A DNA stretch of 32,000 nt, taken from assembly GCA_002794465.1 (NCBI GenBank), contig MTSL01000095.1:4345-36344 (forward strand). The letters run 5' to 3'. Made by a program: the position numbers and the translations under genes. The notes under the pieces were generated by a model. That model ran no database searches, was not told where the DNA came from, and was given only the letters and a program-made list of their open reading frames with translations. The DNA is from Paramicrosporidium saccamoebae KSL3 (taxonomy: Eukaryota > Fungi > Cryptomycota). Of this stretch, positions 1-8,579 are shown piece by piece; positions within the stretch are counted from its first letter, which is position 1, and every line of letters starts with the position of its first letter.

Positions 1-2943
1 TATGTTTGGAGGCATGATTGGGACTTCGGCCTTGTGCTCAATGTCGCTGACAATGTCCCAAATCCCCTTGATTCCAGGCAAATCTGTCAATTCCCAAAAG
101 TTTGGGATCGGAACATCAGCGGCATCGATGTCAGATTGCAGATTGCTTAATATACTACTTCCACCCAGAGCAGCTCCCTGAATCAAATTCGCCATAGCCT
201 TGTCGGGATAGTAGTGTTCAAGATTATTCATTCGAATAAACCACTTCTGAGGTGCTTCAATCTTTGCAAACAACTCCCTGCCAGCTCCGAATGGAGTGAC
301 TAGATCCAACAAATTCTGTGCAATGACAAAAATGGTCTTTCCGGTGACTGCCGGCTTGATTTGCGATATCCGTCGTCCCGCTAGACACTCTCCAACGCGA
401 CTATAAGCGTCACGTGCAATTCCGGTAAGGCGAACGATCGGAAACAGCTTAAAATGGTCTTCCTGTGCCTTGATTAAATCAAATTTCATATCCTTCAGGC
501 GGTAATCAAGACTAACAACACCCAGAATTGACGCATTACCATTAGACCTATCATCATGTCTGGACATTGTCGTCACTGGTGTAGAGGTAAAAGTGGGCTT
601 TGTCAAATTAATGACAGCATCAAGCGTACCTTTATAGACGTCGACATTTAAACAGTCAAATGTCGACTTTATCATTGGCAACAGAAGACGTACAGACATT
701 GCTTCGGTTGGCTTCGGTACAAGTTGTTCTCCGATCAATCGAATTTTTGCACCAACTGTCCACTGCTCTTTAAACTCGAGTGTCTCGTGCAAATATTCAG
801 TACACTGATTCAAATGCCGATTTGATGCAACCTCTTTGATAACAGCTTCGAAATCAGCAGCGGTGCCAATCTTTGATCTGCAGAATTCATCCAGCTGGCA
901 GTGGAGTAACAGTCCGTTATAGTCATAAACGCCAGTCTCTTCAGGAATGGGTGGAACGCCGGCTATTACCGCAAAGTCAAACATGTTTGGGAATAGCTGC
1001 ACCACATGATGAGCCAGCATTGCTCCATACGACACCCCTAATAGCCCAATTCGCGTGCCTATAGTCGGAAAGTCGCGTTCAATTGCCTTGGCAAACAGAC
1101 TCACATCTAATGCCGCATTCTCGACAGTCAGATATTTCATGTCAAAGGGTGCAGCGAAAATGATGCCATGTAGTGAACGGGCAGAAATGTGATCTGGTTG
1201 GAATCCATTTGTACCTATTCCACGATGCTCATAATGGTACACTGCCACTGAGCCCTTTGCGTCGGACAGGACTTGATTTGTGAGAGATGCAAGGTGAAGC
1301 ACAGACCCACCTGGGCCGCCCGCCAGCATTATGACTTTTGATGTTGGTGTCACTCCCTTTAGCGTGTATCGATATACTTCTACGTTTAGCAAGCCGCTAT
1401 TGACTGGATCATGGTCCGATATGCCAGAAAGAAGTCCTTGAGAACATTTAACATTCGGATGAGGAGAAGTATTGCAAGAGGTCCATGCAATATCTGCTAC
1501 GAAGGGTGCCAATTCTTCCTCAGTGAGGGGACGGTTTTGTTCATTCGGCAAAAGCTTTGGCACGTAATTTTCATCGGCCAACTCGGGTGCTTGCGTTATT
1601 GCGTAAGGGTCAGTCTTGAAATGCAATTTTTCTCGACATTCACTGCTTAAACTGGCGCGGATCCATGTGTACTTGACGTAATTTTCAAGACTCAGACTCT
1701 TGCAATAGTCAGAGGAAATGTTTTCAATAATCTGACGACTGTTTGGATGGTGGTCAAGAATACCCAGAACATCAATTCCACTATTGATGGGTTGGAAGCA
1801 CCTGTACGCTCGCAGGCTGTCAAGTACGTCTGGACCACATAAGGAAAGAATGTCATCAGGTAAGATGGGCAAGACAACCAGAAGACGACCTGCAATTGCT
1901 GGAGAATGTTCAGCCAATGCTGCAAATATCTCCTTTGTCAGCGAAATTTCGGGAATCGGATAGGCAATGTCGTATGGCTCAAAGACTCTTGGCAAAATCC
2001 TCAAGTTGTCCACAGTGGAGAGCAAATATGGCCAGTAGAGATGGCCAGCGCGGTCCATTGCTTGAAATCCAGATTCGTTATAGTCATATGCTAGTTTTTG
2101 TTGCTCGCTCATTTCCGATATTGTGCCTGGATGGATGTCTTTCTCTACTTTTGAAAACGCCATCGGGCTCAGTCCATGAACTACTGCTGGTGTAAGCGCC
2201 ACAGAGTCCAGATTTTGGATCTGCGCCACGCATTCGGGGGAGAGAAACTTGAGAGGATATTCTGGGGTCCCCAAAAGGTCCATATATTCTGCCTTGAGTA
2301 AGCTGCAGAAGCGTTCTGTTGACAATAGACTCGATAACTTAATAAATGACAACTTTGATAAGAGACCATTTATGTGCAGAACGGCAAAGAGAGAATCACC
2401 AGATTCTTCCATGATCCAGTTATCGGGAATATGATCAAGTAACAGGGCCGAATTCTTGTACATTGATAAATCTTCACAGTTGGCTATGAGACGCTCAGTA
2501 CACTCTTTGCTGACACTCTGCAGTTGGGTCGGATCAAGGTACTTTGCAAATACTGTGCATGCCTCGGGATCCAAATTTGTTACTTCTTCCAAAGTCAAAG
2601 TTTGAATGGGCGAGAAGACACGGCTTGGTGATGCTGGAATTCCCCGACTAAAATCACTATATGGCAGGGATACTAGATTTTCTGCCCCAGTCCGGTTGAT
2701 TTCCTTTATAAAAGATGTAGGACGGTTGCTCCAATGTATGATCGCTTCACTAGCTGCGCTTTGAATTCCAAGATTTACCTTTTGCAGCACTTCTCCCCAA
2801 AACTCTTCATGTTGTGTAGTATTGTCAGGATAATCATTGTACAGTGACTGCGAGCCCGATGCAAAACTAGGATTGGGTAGGATAGAGAATAAGAGCACAG
2901 AGCCCAGCATCAGTGCATATGGTAAGGTCACTTGGCGTGTCAT
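1..2943 (-). CDS. Secreted alpha/beta-hydrolase family protein, copy 1 (S33/TAP-like domain; 3' end runs off the window)
   Basis: Manual translation from ATG at 2943: MTRQVTLPYALMLGSVLLFSILPNPSF... No stop seen down to base 1 (981 codons). Contains VIMLAGGPG, YEHRGIG, GVSYG, QNLLDLVTP and NNLEHYYP, collinear with the ORFs at 3397-6402 and 22072-25488. Presumably absent from the ORF track because its stop is outside the window. Confidence 0.9.
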   Translation of the reverse strand, partial: MTRQVTLPYALMLGSVLLFSILPNPSFASGSQSLYNDYPDNTTQHEEFWGEVLQKVNLGIQSAASEAIIHWSNRPTSFIKEINRTGAENLVSLPYSDFSRGIPASPSRVFSPIQTLTLEEVTNLDPEACTVFAKYLDPTQLQSVSKECTERLIANCEDLSMYKNSALLLDHIPDNWIMEESGDSLFAVLHINGLLSKLSFIKLSSLLSTERFCSLLKAEYMDLLGTPEYPLKFLSPECVAQIQNLDSVALTPAVVHGLSPMAFSKVEKDIHPGTISEMSEQQKLAYDYNESGFQAMDRAGHLYWPYLLSTVDNLRILPRVFEPYDIAYPIPEISLTKEIFAALAEHSPAIAGRLLVVLPILPDDILSLCGPDVLDSLRAYRCFQPINSGIDVLGILDHHPNSRQIIENISSDYCKSLSLENYVKYTWIRASLSSECREKLHFKTDPYAITQAPELADENYVPKLLPNEQNRPLTEEELAPFVADIAWTSCNTSPHPNVKCSQGLLSGISDHDPVNSGLLNVEVYRYTLKGVTPTSKVIMLAGGPGGSVLHLASLTNQVLSDAKGSVAVYHYEHRGIGTNGFQPDHISARSLHGIIFAAPFDMKYLTVENAALDVSLFAKAIERDFPTIGTRIGLLGVSYGAMLAHHVVQLFPNMFDFAVIAGVPPIPEETGVYDYNGLLLHCQLDEFCRSKIGTAADFEAVIKEVASNRHLNQCTEYLHETLEFKEQWTVGAKIRLIGEQLVPKPTEAMSVRLLLPMIKSTFDCLNVDVYKGTLDAVINLTKPTFTSTPVTTMSRHDDRSNGNASILGVVSLDYRLKDMKFDLIKAQEDHFKLFPIVRLTGIARDAYSRVGECLAGRRISQIKPAVTGKTIFVIAQNLLDLVTPFGAGRELFAKIEAPQKWFIRMNNLEHYYPDKAMANLIQGAALGGSSILSNLQSDIDAADVPIPNFWELTDLPGIKGIWDIVSDIEHKAEVPIMPPNI

Positions 2944-3000
2944 GACGGCTTTTCGTGGCCCTGGTTTCTGACCGATCCGGGGCCGTTCGTTGTGCTAGTC
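2944..3000 (-). promoter_or_regulatory. Conserved proximal upstream element of the hydrolase family
   Basis: GACTAGCACAACGAACGGCCCCGGATCGGTCAGAAACCAGGGCC before the copy 1 ATG aligns with GACTGGCCCAATAAACGACTCTGGACCAGTTAGAAAG before the relic ATG (11215-11272; 26/36 identical over the first 36 nt) and with CCCCGGACCGATCAGAA before copy 3 (~22035-22051). Function inferred from position. Confidence 0.55.
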
Positions 3001-3396
3001 AGTATGGGCCATATAGTGACAATGAGTACTCTTCGTGTAATGTCACGGGCCCCTTCTGTTGTGAGCACAGACTTTGCAGATGCTTAACTTGATTTCATCT
3101 TTGACTGTGTGGTGGGGGTGGGGAGGGGCTACCATACATCTGTTTGGAGCTATATTCAAAGGGCCCCGCAGACATCAAAGATCTGTGCAAGTAGCCAATC
3201 AGCTTTTAAATTTAGAACCAATGGGATATTGATTTATTCAACCAAGCCTTGGTACATCCTGGATTAAAGTTTCAGCGGCAGTTTAAATTGGCTAATCATT
3301 TAATTGTTCATCCCACGAATAGAGCCTCCTGCTTCCGCTGTGACGGCTGTGGGGAAGCGGCATACAAGTTTCTCTTTAAAAAGAGTCAAAATGGAA

Positions 3397-6375
3397 TTAA
3401 AGCACTTTGATTGAGCCCATTTTCACGATGCTTGGAGGCAGAATTAGCGCCTCAACTTTGTGCTCAATGCTGCTGACAAGGTCCCAAATCCCCCCGATTT
3501 CAGGCAAATCTGGCAATTCCCAAAAGTTTGGGATCGGAACATCGGTGGCATCAATGGTAGCCTGCAGGCTGTCTAATATACTGCTTTCACCAAGAGCAAC
3601 TCTCTGAATCAGATTCCCCATGAGCGCGTTGGGGTAGCGATGCTGAAGATTATTCATTCGAATAAACCATTTATGAGGCGCTTCAATCTTTGCAAACAAC
3701 TCCCTGCCAGCTCCGAATGGAGTAACTAGATCCAACAAATTTTGCACAACGACAAAAGTGGTCTTTCCGGTGACTGCTGGCTTGATTTGCGATATCCGAC
3801 GTCCCGCTAGACACTCTCCAACGCGACTGTAAGCGCCATATGCAGCTCTGGCATATCCAAGGATCGGAAATAGCTCCAAACAATCTTCCTGCGCCTTGGT
3901 GAGATTAAATTTCATGTCTTTCAGGCGATAGTCAAGGGAGACTACATCTAAAATGGTATGATTAGTCTCAAACTGCCCATGATGTCCGGTGAGTCTCTTC
4001 AATGGTGCAGGAGTATAAATAGACGTTCTAGCATCCATGACATTATGAAAAGCGCGTTTGTAGGCGCCGACACTTAGACAGTCAAAGGTTGCCTTTATCG
4101 TTGGCAGTAAATAACGTGCTGTCATCGCCTCGGCTGGCTCTGATACAAGTTGGTCTCCGATTGATTGGATCTTTGTACCAACTGTCCACTGTTCTTCAAG
4201 ATTGAGCCTCTCGTGTAAATATTCAGTGCACTCATTTAGATGGCGATTCGATGCAACCTCTTTGATAACAGCTTCGAAATCGGCAACGGTGCCAATTTTT
4301 GATTTGCAAAATTCATCCATTTGGCAATGGAGTAACAATCCATTATAACTGCGAATGCCTGTTTCTCCAGGAATGGGAGGAACTCCGGCTATTACCGCAA
4401 AGTCAAACATGTTTGGGAACAGCTGCACCGCATGGTGAGCCAGTGCTGCTCCATACGAAACTCCAAACAGTCCAATTCGCGTGTCTGCAGCCGGAAAGTC
4501 GTGTTCAATCGCCTTGGCAAACAGACTCACATCTAATGCCGCATTTTCAACAGTCAAGCATTCCATGTCAAATGGTGCAGTGGAGATAATGTCATGCAAT
4601 GGACGAGAATAAATGTGATCTGATCGAAATCCACATTTACCTATTCCGCGATGTTCATAATGATACACTGCTACGGAGCCATTCGTATTGGACAGGACTT
4701 GATTGGTGAGAGTTTCAAAGTGAAGCACAGACGCACCTGGGCCGCCCGCCAGCATTATCACTTTTGATATTGGTGTGCTTCCCTTTGACACATATCGGTA
4801 CACTTCGACGTCTATCCATTCACCACTGAGTGGCTCATGATCTGATAGAACAGGAAGCAGTCCTTGAGAGCATTCAACATTCGGATGAGGAAAAGCTTTA
4901 CAGGGAGTCCATACAATATCCATTACGAGATCTTCCAATTCGTTCTCAGTGGCCAGATATCTAGGCTCCTCCGCCAAAAGCTCTGCCATGCGACTCTCAT
5001 CGGCCAGCTCGGGTGCTTGCTTTATTGCGTCTGGATCAGTTTTGAAATGTAACTTTGCTCGGCATTCTCTGCTCAGACTGGCACGGATCCACTTGTACCT
5101 GACGTAATCTTCAAGACCCAATTTCTCGCAACAGTCGGAAGGGAGGTTTTCAATAATTTGCCGGCTGTTTAGATGGTGGTAAAGAACACCGAGTACGTCG
5201 ATTCCGCTGCTGATGGGTTGGAGGCACCTGTACGCTCGTAGGCTATCAAGTACGTCCGGATCACATAAGGAAAGAATGTCATCGGGTAGGACTGGGAGAA
5301 CAGCCAGAAGACGACCTGCGATTGCTGGAGAATGTTCAGCTAATGCTGAAAATATCTCTTTTGTCAACGAGATTTCGGGAATTGGATAGGCAATATCGTA
5401 TGGCTCAAAAATTCTTGGCAAAATCCTCAAGTTATCCACAGTGGAGAGCAAATCCTGCCAATTGATACGACCGGCGCGGTCCATTGCTTGAAATCCAAAT
5501 TCGTTATAGTTAAATAGGACTTGTTGCTGTTCGCTCATTTCCAATATTGTGCCTGGGTGAAGGTCGCCCCTTACCTTTGAAAATGCTGCCGGATTCATAG
5601 CCCTTACAGCCTCTGGTGCGAGCGCCACAGAGTCCAGATTTTGGATCTGCGCCACGCATTCTGCGGATAAAAGATCGAGTGGATATTTCAAAGTCTCCAC
5701 AAAACCAATATATTCTGCCTTGAGCAAGCTACAAAAACGTTCGGTTGACAATAAGCTCGATAGCGTAGTAAATGGCAACCTGTACAAGAGACCATGTGCA
5801 TGCAAGGCAGCAAAGAGACGATTGCCAAATTCTCCAGTGAACCAATTGTAAGGGATATCTTGAACCATCATAATCCAGTTGAGGTTCAGCGGCAAACTCT
5901 CATAATAGCCTGCGAGCCGCTCAAGGGAGTCTGCACTGACTGTCTGCAACTGGATCAAATCGAAAGACTCCATGAAAACTGCGTATACCTCAGGTCTTAG
6001 AGTTGCCACCTCTTCCAGAGTAAAATCGTGAAACAGTGAGGAGTGGGGACGCAACGATCCAGAAATCTTGCATTCGGGAGCACCCACCGCGTGAATAACA
6101 ATGGCCTCGGCCCCAGCTCGGCTGATCCCTTTTGTAAATGACGCAGGACGGCTTTCCCAATGCTGGTAAGCTGCCCAAACAGCATCCTGATTACCGAGAT
6201 TTATCTTTTGAAGTACTTCTCCCCAAAACCTTCCATACTGTGTAGTATGATCAGAGCAATCACTAGCCAGCGACTGCAAACGTGATCCCAACACAAAACT
6301 AGGATTGGGTGACATAGAGAACAAGACCGCAAGGCCCAATATTATTGCACACCGTATGGTCATTCGGTGTGCCAT
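3397..6375 (-). CDS. Secreted alpha/beta-hydrolase family protein, copy 2 (S33/TAP-like domain)
   Basis: Track ORF 3397-6402. ATG at 6375 (MAHRMT) preferred because copy 3 starts MAHRVT. Hydrophobic N-terminus; GGPG oxyanion motif, YEHRGIG, GVSYG nucleophile elbow, LDLVTP (Asp), LQH (His). Confidence 0.9.
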   Translation of the reverse strand: MAHRMTIRCAIILGLAVLFSMSPNPSFVLGSRLQSLASDCSDHTTQYGRFWGEVLQKINLGNQDAVWAAYQHWESRPASFTKGISRAGAEAIVIHAVGAPECKISGSLRPHSSLFHDFTLEEVATLRPEVYAVFMESFDLIQLQTVSADSLERLAGYYESLPLNLNWIMMVQDIPYNWFTGEFGNRLFAALHAHGLLYRLPFTTLSSLLSTERFCSLLKAEYIGFVETLKYPLDLLSAECVAQIQNLDSVALAPEAVRAMNPAAFSKVRGDLHPGTILEMSEQQQVLFNYNEFGFQAMDRAGRINWQDLLSTVDNLRILPRIFEPYDIAYPIPEISLTKEIFSALAEHSPAIAGRLLAVLPVLPDDILSLCDPDVLDSLRAYRCLQPISSGIDVLGVLYHHLNSRQIIENLPSDCCEKLGLEDYVRYKWIRASLSRECRAKLHFKTDPDAIKQAPELADESRMAELLAEEPRYLATENELEDLVMDIVWTPCKAFPHPNVECSQGLLPVLSDHEPLSGEWIDVEVYRYVSKGSTPISKVIMLAGGPGASVLHFETLTNQVLSNTNGSVAVYHYEHRGIGKCGFRSDHIYSRPLHDIISTAPFDMECLTVENAALDVSLFAKAIEHDFPAADTRIGLFGVSYGAALAHHAVQLFPNMFDFAVIAGVPPIPGETGIRSYNGLLLHCQMDEFCKSKIGTVADFEAVIKEVASNRHLNECTEYLHERLNLEEQWTVGTKIQSIGDQLVSEPAEAMTARYLLPTIKATFDCLSVGAYKRAFHNVMDARTSIYTPAPLKRLTGHHGQFETNHTILDVVSLDYRLKDMKFNLTKAQEDCLELFPILGYARAAYGAYSRVGECLAGRRISQIKPAVTGKTTFVVVQNLLDLVTPFGAGRELFAKIEAPHKWFIRMNNLQHRYPNALMGNLIQRVALGESSILDSLQATIDATDVPIPNFWELPDLPEIGGIWDLVSSIEHKVEALILPPSIVKMGSIKVL

Positions 6376-6743
6376 TATTTTCTTCCAACGGCCCTGGTGC
6401 ACCGGCCAGGGTTGTCATCCACCAAACCACGAGCGTATCTGGCAGTATCAGGTTACAAAGACACTGAAAGAGAGGATGGCCACCTGGATACATTCAATCA
6501 ATGTAGCCGATATTGGCATTGGGAAATTTAAAGCAATAATCATTTGTCTCGGGACAACCAAGTCCACGTTTTAGAACAAGAAGAACGACATTGAGACATA
6601 TAATGTATCAAAATCCTTTACAACAGAAAATCACCTGATTGATGGATAGATATGTAGAATTTTGTACTCAAATGTAATGCCGACATTGGTCTATACGGAA
6701 CGCGGTTGATAGTGACATTCCATGCAGGGGCTCCTACCCGAAC

Positions 6744-8465
6744 ATGGAAATTCAGAATGAGGACACGTTGGATGGCTGTGATGTACAGTTGGAACAGGAC
6801 CTGGCAGACATTAAGAATAGGATACAAAACATGCAAAATGCTTCTTGGACCCAAACACTCACAAGCGACAATCACGTGGTGGAAACTATTGGCACTAGTG
6901 ACGACGACTATAAAAGTTTGATTCGCGAAAAGCTACGTGAGGCATGGCGAAAGATGCACAAAGCTGAATCTAGCGCGAACAAGACTGACTCTACCGTAAA
7001 CACCACTGCCTCTATCCTACACGAAACCGACTCTACAGTGAACAAGGCCGAGTTTATAGAGTTCTCGCCACTGCAGGAACAAGTGGCGAGTCCCATGTTG
7101 TCGCACCACGACGTCTATCATCTCTGTGCTACGCAGATTGAAGAAAGACAACGTCAAGAGATATACTGTCTGCATATACTCAACAATGTGCTGCAACAAC
7201 GTGCTCGAGTTGTCCGGAATAACGAACGTCTAGCTGAGGGCGCCGACGTGGAAGCACGGGATCAGGGCTTCACACGGCCGAGAATATTAATACTGGTGCC
7301 TTTCCGAAACACGGCTCTTGACATTGTTCGGGTTTTGGGGAGTCTTTGGCAGTCAACTGGCGGCCAAGTAGATAATCAGAAGCGACTGCTGGACGAGTTT
7401 GGTCCTCCTGAAGAGGATTCTCCGTCTGCTAATAAGCCTGCCGACTATCTGCACACTTTTCGCCACAACATTGACGACTGCTTCCGTTTTGGCATCAAAT
7501 GCACCCGCAAGTCCATGAAACTCTTTTGTGACTTTTACTCCTCCGACATTATCGTTGCCTCTCCTCTAGGCCTCCGTTTCATCATTGACGGACAGTCTGA
7601 AACGAAAAAGATCAACCTGGGGCAAGGCCGGAGCAAGAAGAAGCGCATAGTCAAGAAGGGTGACAGCGACTTTTTATCGTCCATCCAAATGCTGATTGTG
7701 GAACAGGCAGATGTCATTTCAATGCAGAATTGGGAACATTTGCTTCATGTGGTGGCGCATTTGAACAAACTCCCCAAGGGTGCCCATGGATGTGATTTTT
7801 CACGGGTGCAGAATCACTTTCTGGACGAGCTTGCTGCCCACACCCGACAGAATATCGTCTTTTCAGAGTTTGAGTTTCCCGAGCTGAATGGATTTCTCAA
7901 AGGTCTTGGAAATTGCATGGGAAAGTGGAAGTATACAGTAGCCAGCCAAGGAGGACTTCTCAAAAAGGGAAAGCAGGCCTTGCCACAGTTCCATCTGATT
8001 GATGCCGCATCCCATGACCTAATTCCCTCGGCACGATTTGCCTATTTTACTGAGAACATTCTGCCAAAGTACGCCCACTCGGCCTCTCACGTCTGCATCT
8101 TCATCTCCTCCTATCTTGACTTTGTCCAGGTCCGCGAGCATCTGCAACAACTCGAGTTGGCCCATGTTGTGTTGTCAGAGTACAGTTCACAGCAAGAAAT
8201 CAGTACCGCACGCACCACCTTTTTCAACGGCAAGGCACGTTTTCTTCTCGTTTCGGAGCGATTCCATTTCTTCAAAAGATACAGCATTAGGGGCATCCGC
8301 AAGCTGATATACTATTCCCTGCCAGAACACGCGGCATATTATGAGGATTGGTGTGAAATGCTGAAGGACAAGACGGATGTGCCCATCTTGGTTTCAAAAT
8401 ACGATTATTTAAAGGCAGAACGGATTGTTGGCACAAAGAAAATGTCCAGTTTGTTCCAGTCTTGA
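6744..8465 (+). CDS. UTP25: U3 snoRNA-associated protein 25 (DUF1253/DEF family)
   Basis: Motifs DQGFTRPRILILVPFRN, DDCFRFGIK, FYSSDIIVASPLGLR, DFLSSIQMLIVEQADVISMQNWEH, LVSERFHFFKRYSIRGIRKLIYYSLP. Exact start uncertain. Confidence 0.92.
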   Translation: MEIQNEDTLDGCDVQLEQDLADIKNRIQNMQNASWTQTLTSDNHVVETIGTSDDDYKSLIREKLREAWRKMHKAESSANKTDSTVNTTASILHETDSTVNKAEFIEFSPLQEQVASPMLSHHDVYHLCATQIEERQRQEIYCLHILNNVLQQRARVVRNNERLAEGADVEARDQGFTRPRILILVPFRNTALDIVRVLGSLWQSTGGQVDNQKRLLDEFGPPEEDSPSANKPADYLHTFRHNIDDCFRFGIKCTRKSMKLFCDFYSSDIIVASPLGLRFIIDGQSETKKINLGQGRSKKKRIVKKGDSDFLSSIQMLIVEQADVISMQNWEHLLHVVAHLNKLPKGAHGCDFSRVQNHFLDELAAHTRQNIVFSEFEFPELNGFLKGLGNCMGKWKYTVASQGGLLKKGKQALPQFHLIDAASHDLIPSARFAYFTENILPKYAHSASHVCIFISSYLDFVQVREHLQQLELAHVVLSEYSSQQEISTARTTFFNGKARFLLVSERFHFFKRYSIRGIRKLIYYSLPEHAAYYEDWCEMLKDKTDVPILVSKYDYLKAERIVGTKKMSSLFQS

Positions 8466-8579
8466 CATGAACAAATTTCAACACTCAATGACCCAATTGC
8501 TTGGCTTGATGATCGAGGCCTCCACTATGTAGCATGATTAACAAATATAAATACAATTAGACTTTGATTAGTATTGATT

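Noticed and set aside
873-2434. Short track ORFs (61-99 aa), and similar ones at 3407-6185 and 22556-25172
   Set aside because: Antisense or off-frame shadows of the hydrolase genes; their mutual similarity only reflects the paralogy.
3111-3128. G-quadruplex between copies 1 and 2
   Set aside because: Only three tracts of 4 or more G plus one GG; weak, with no other support.
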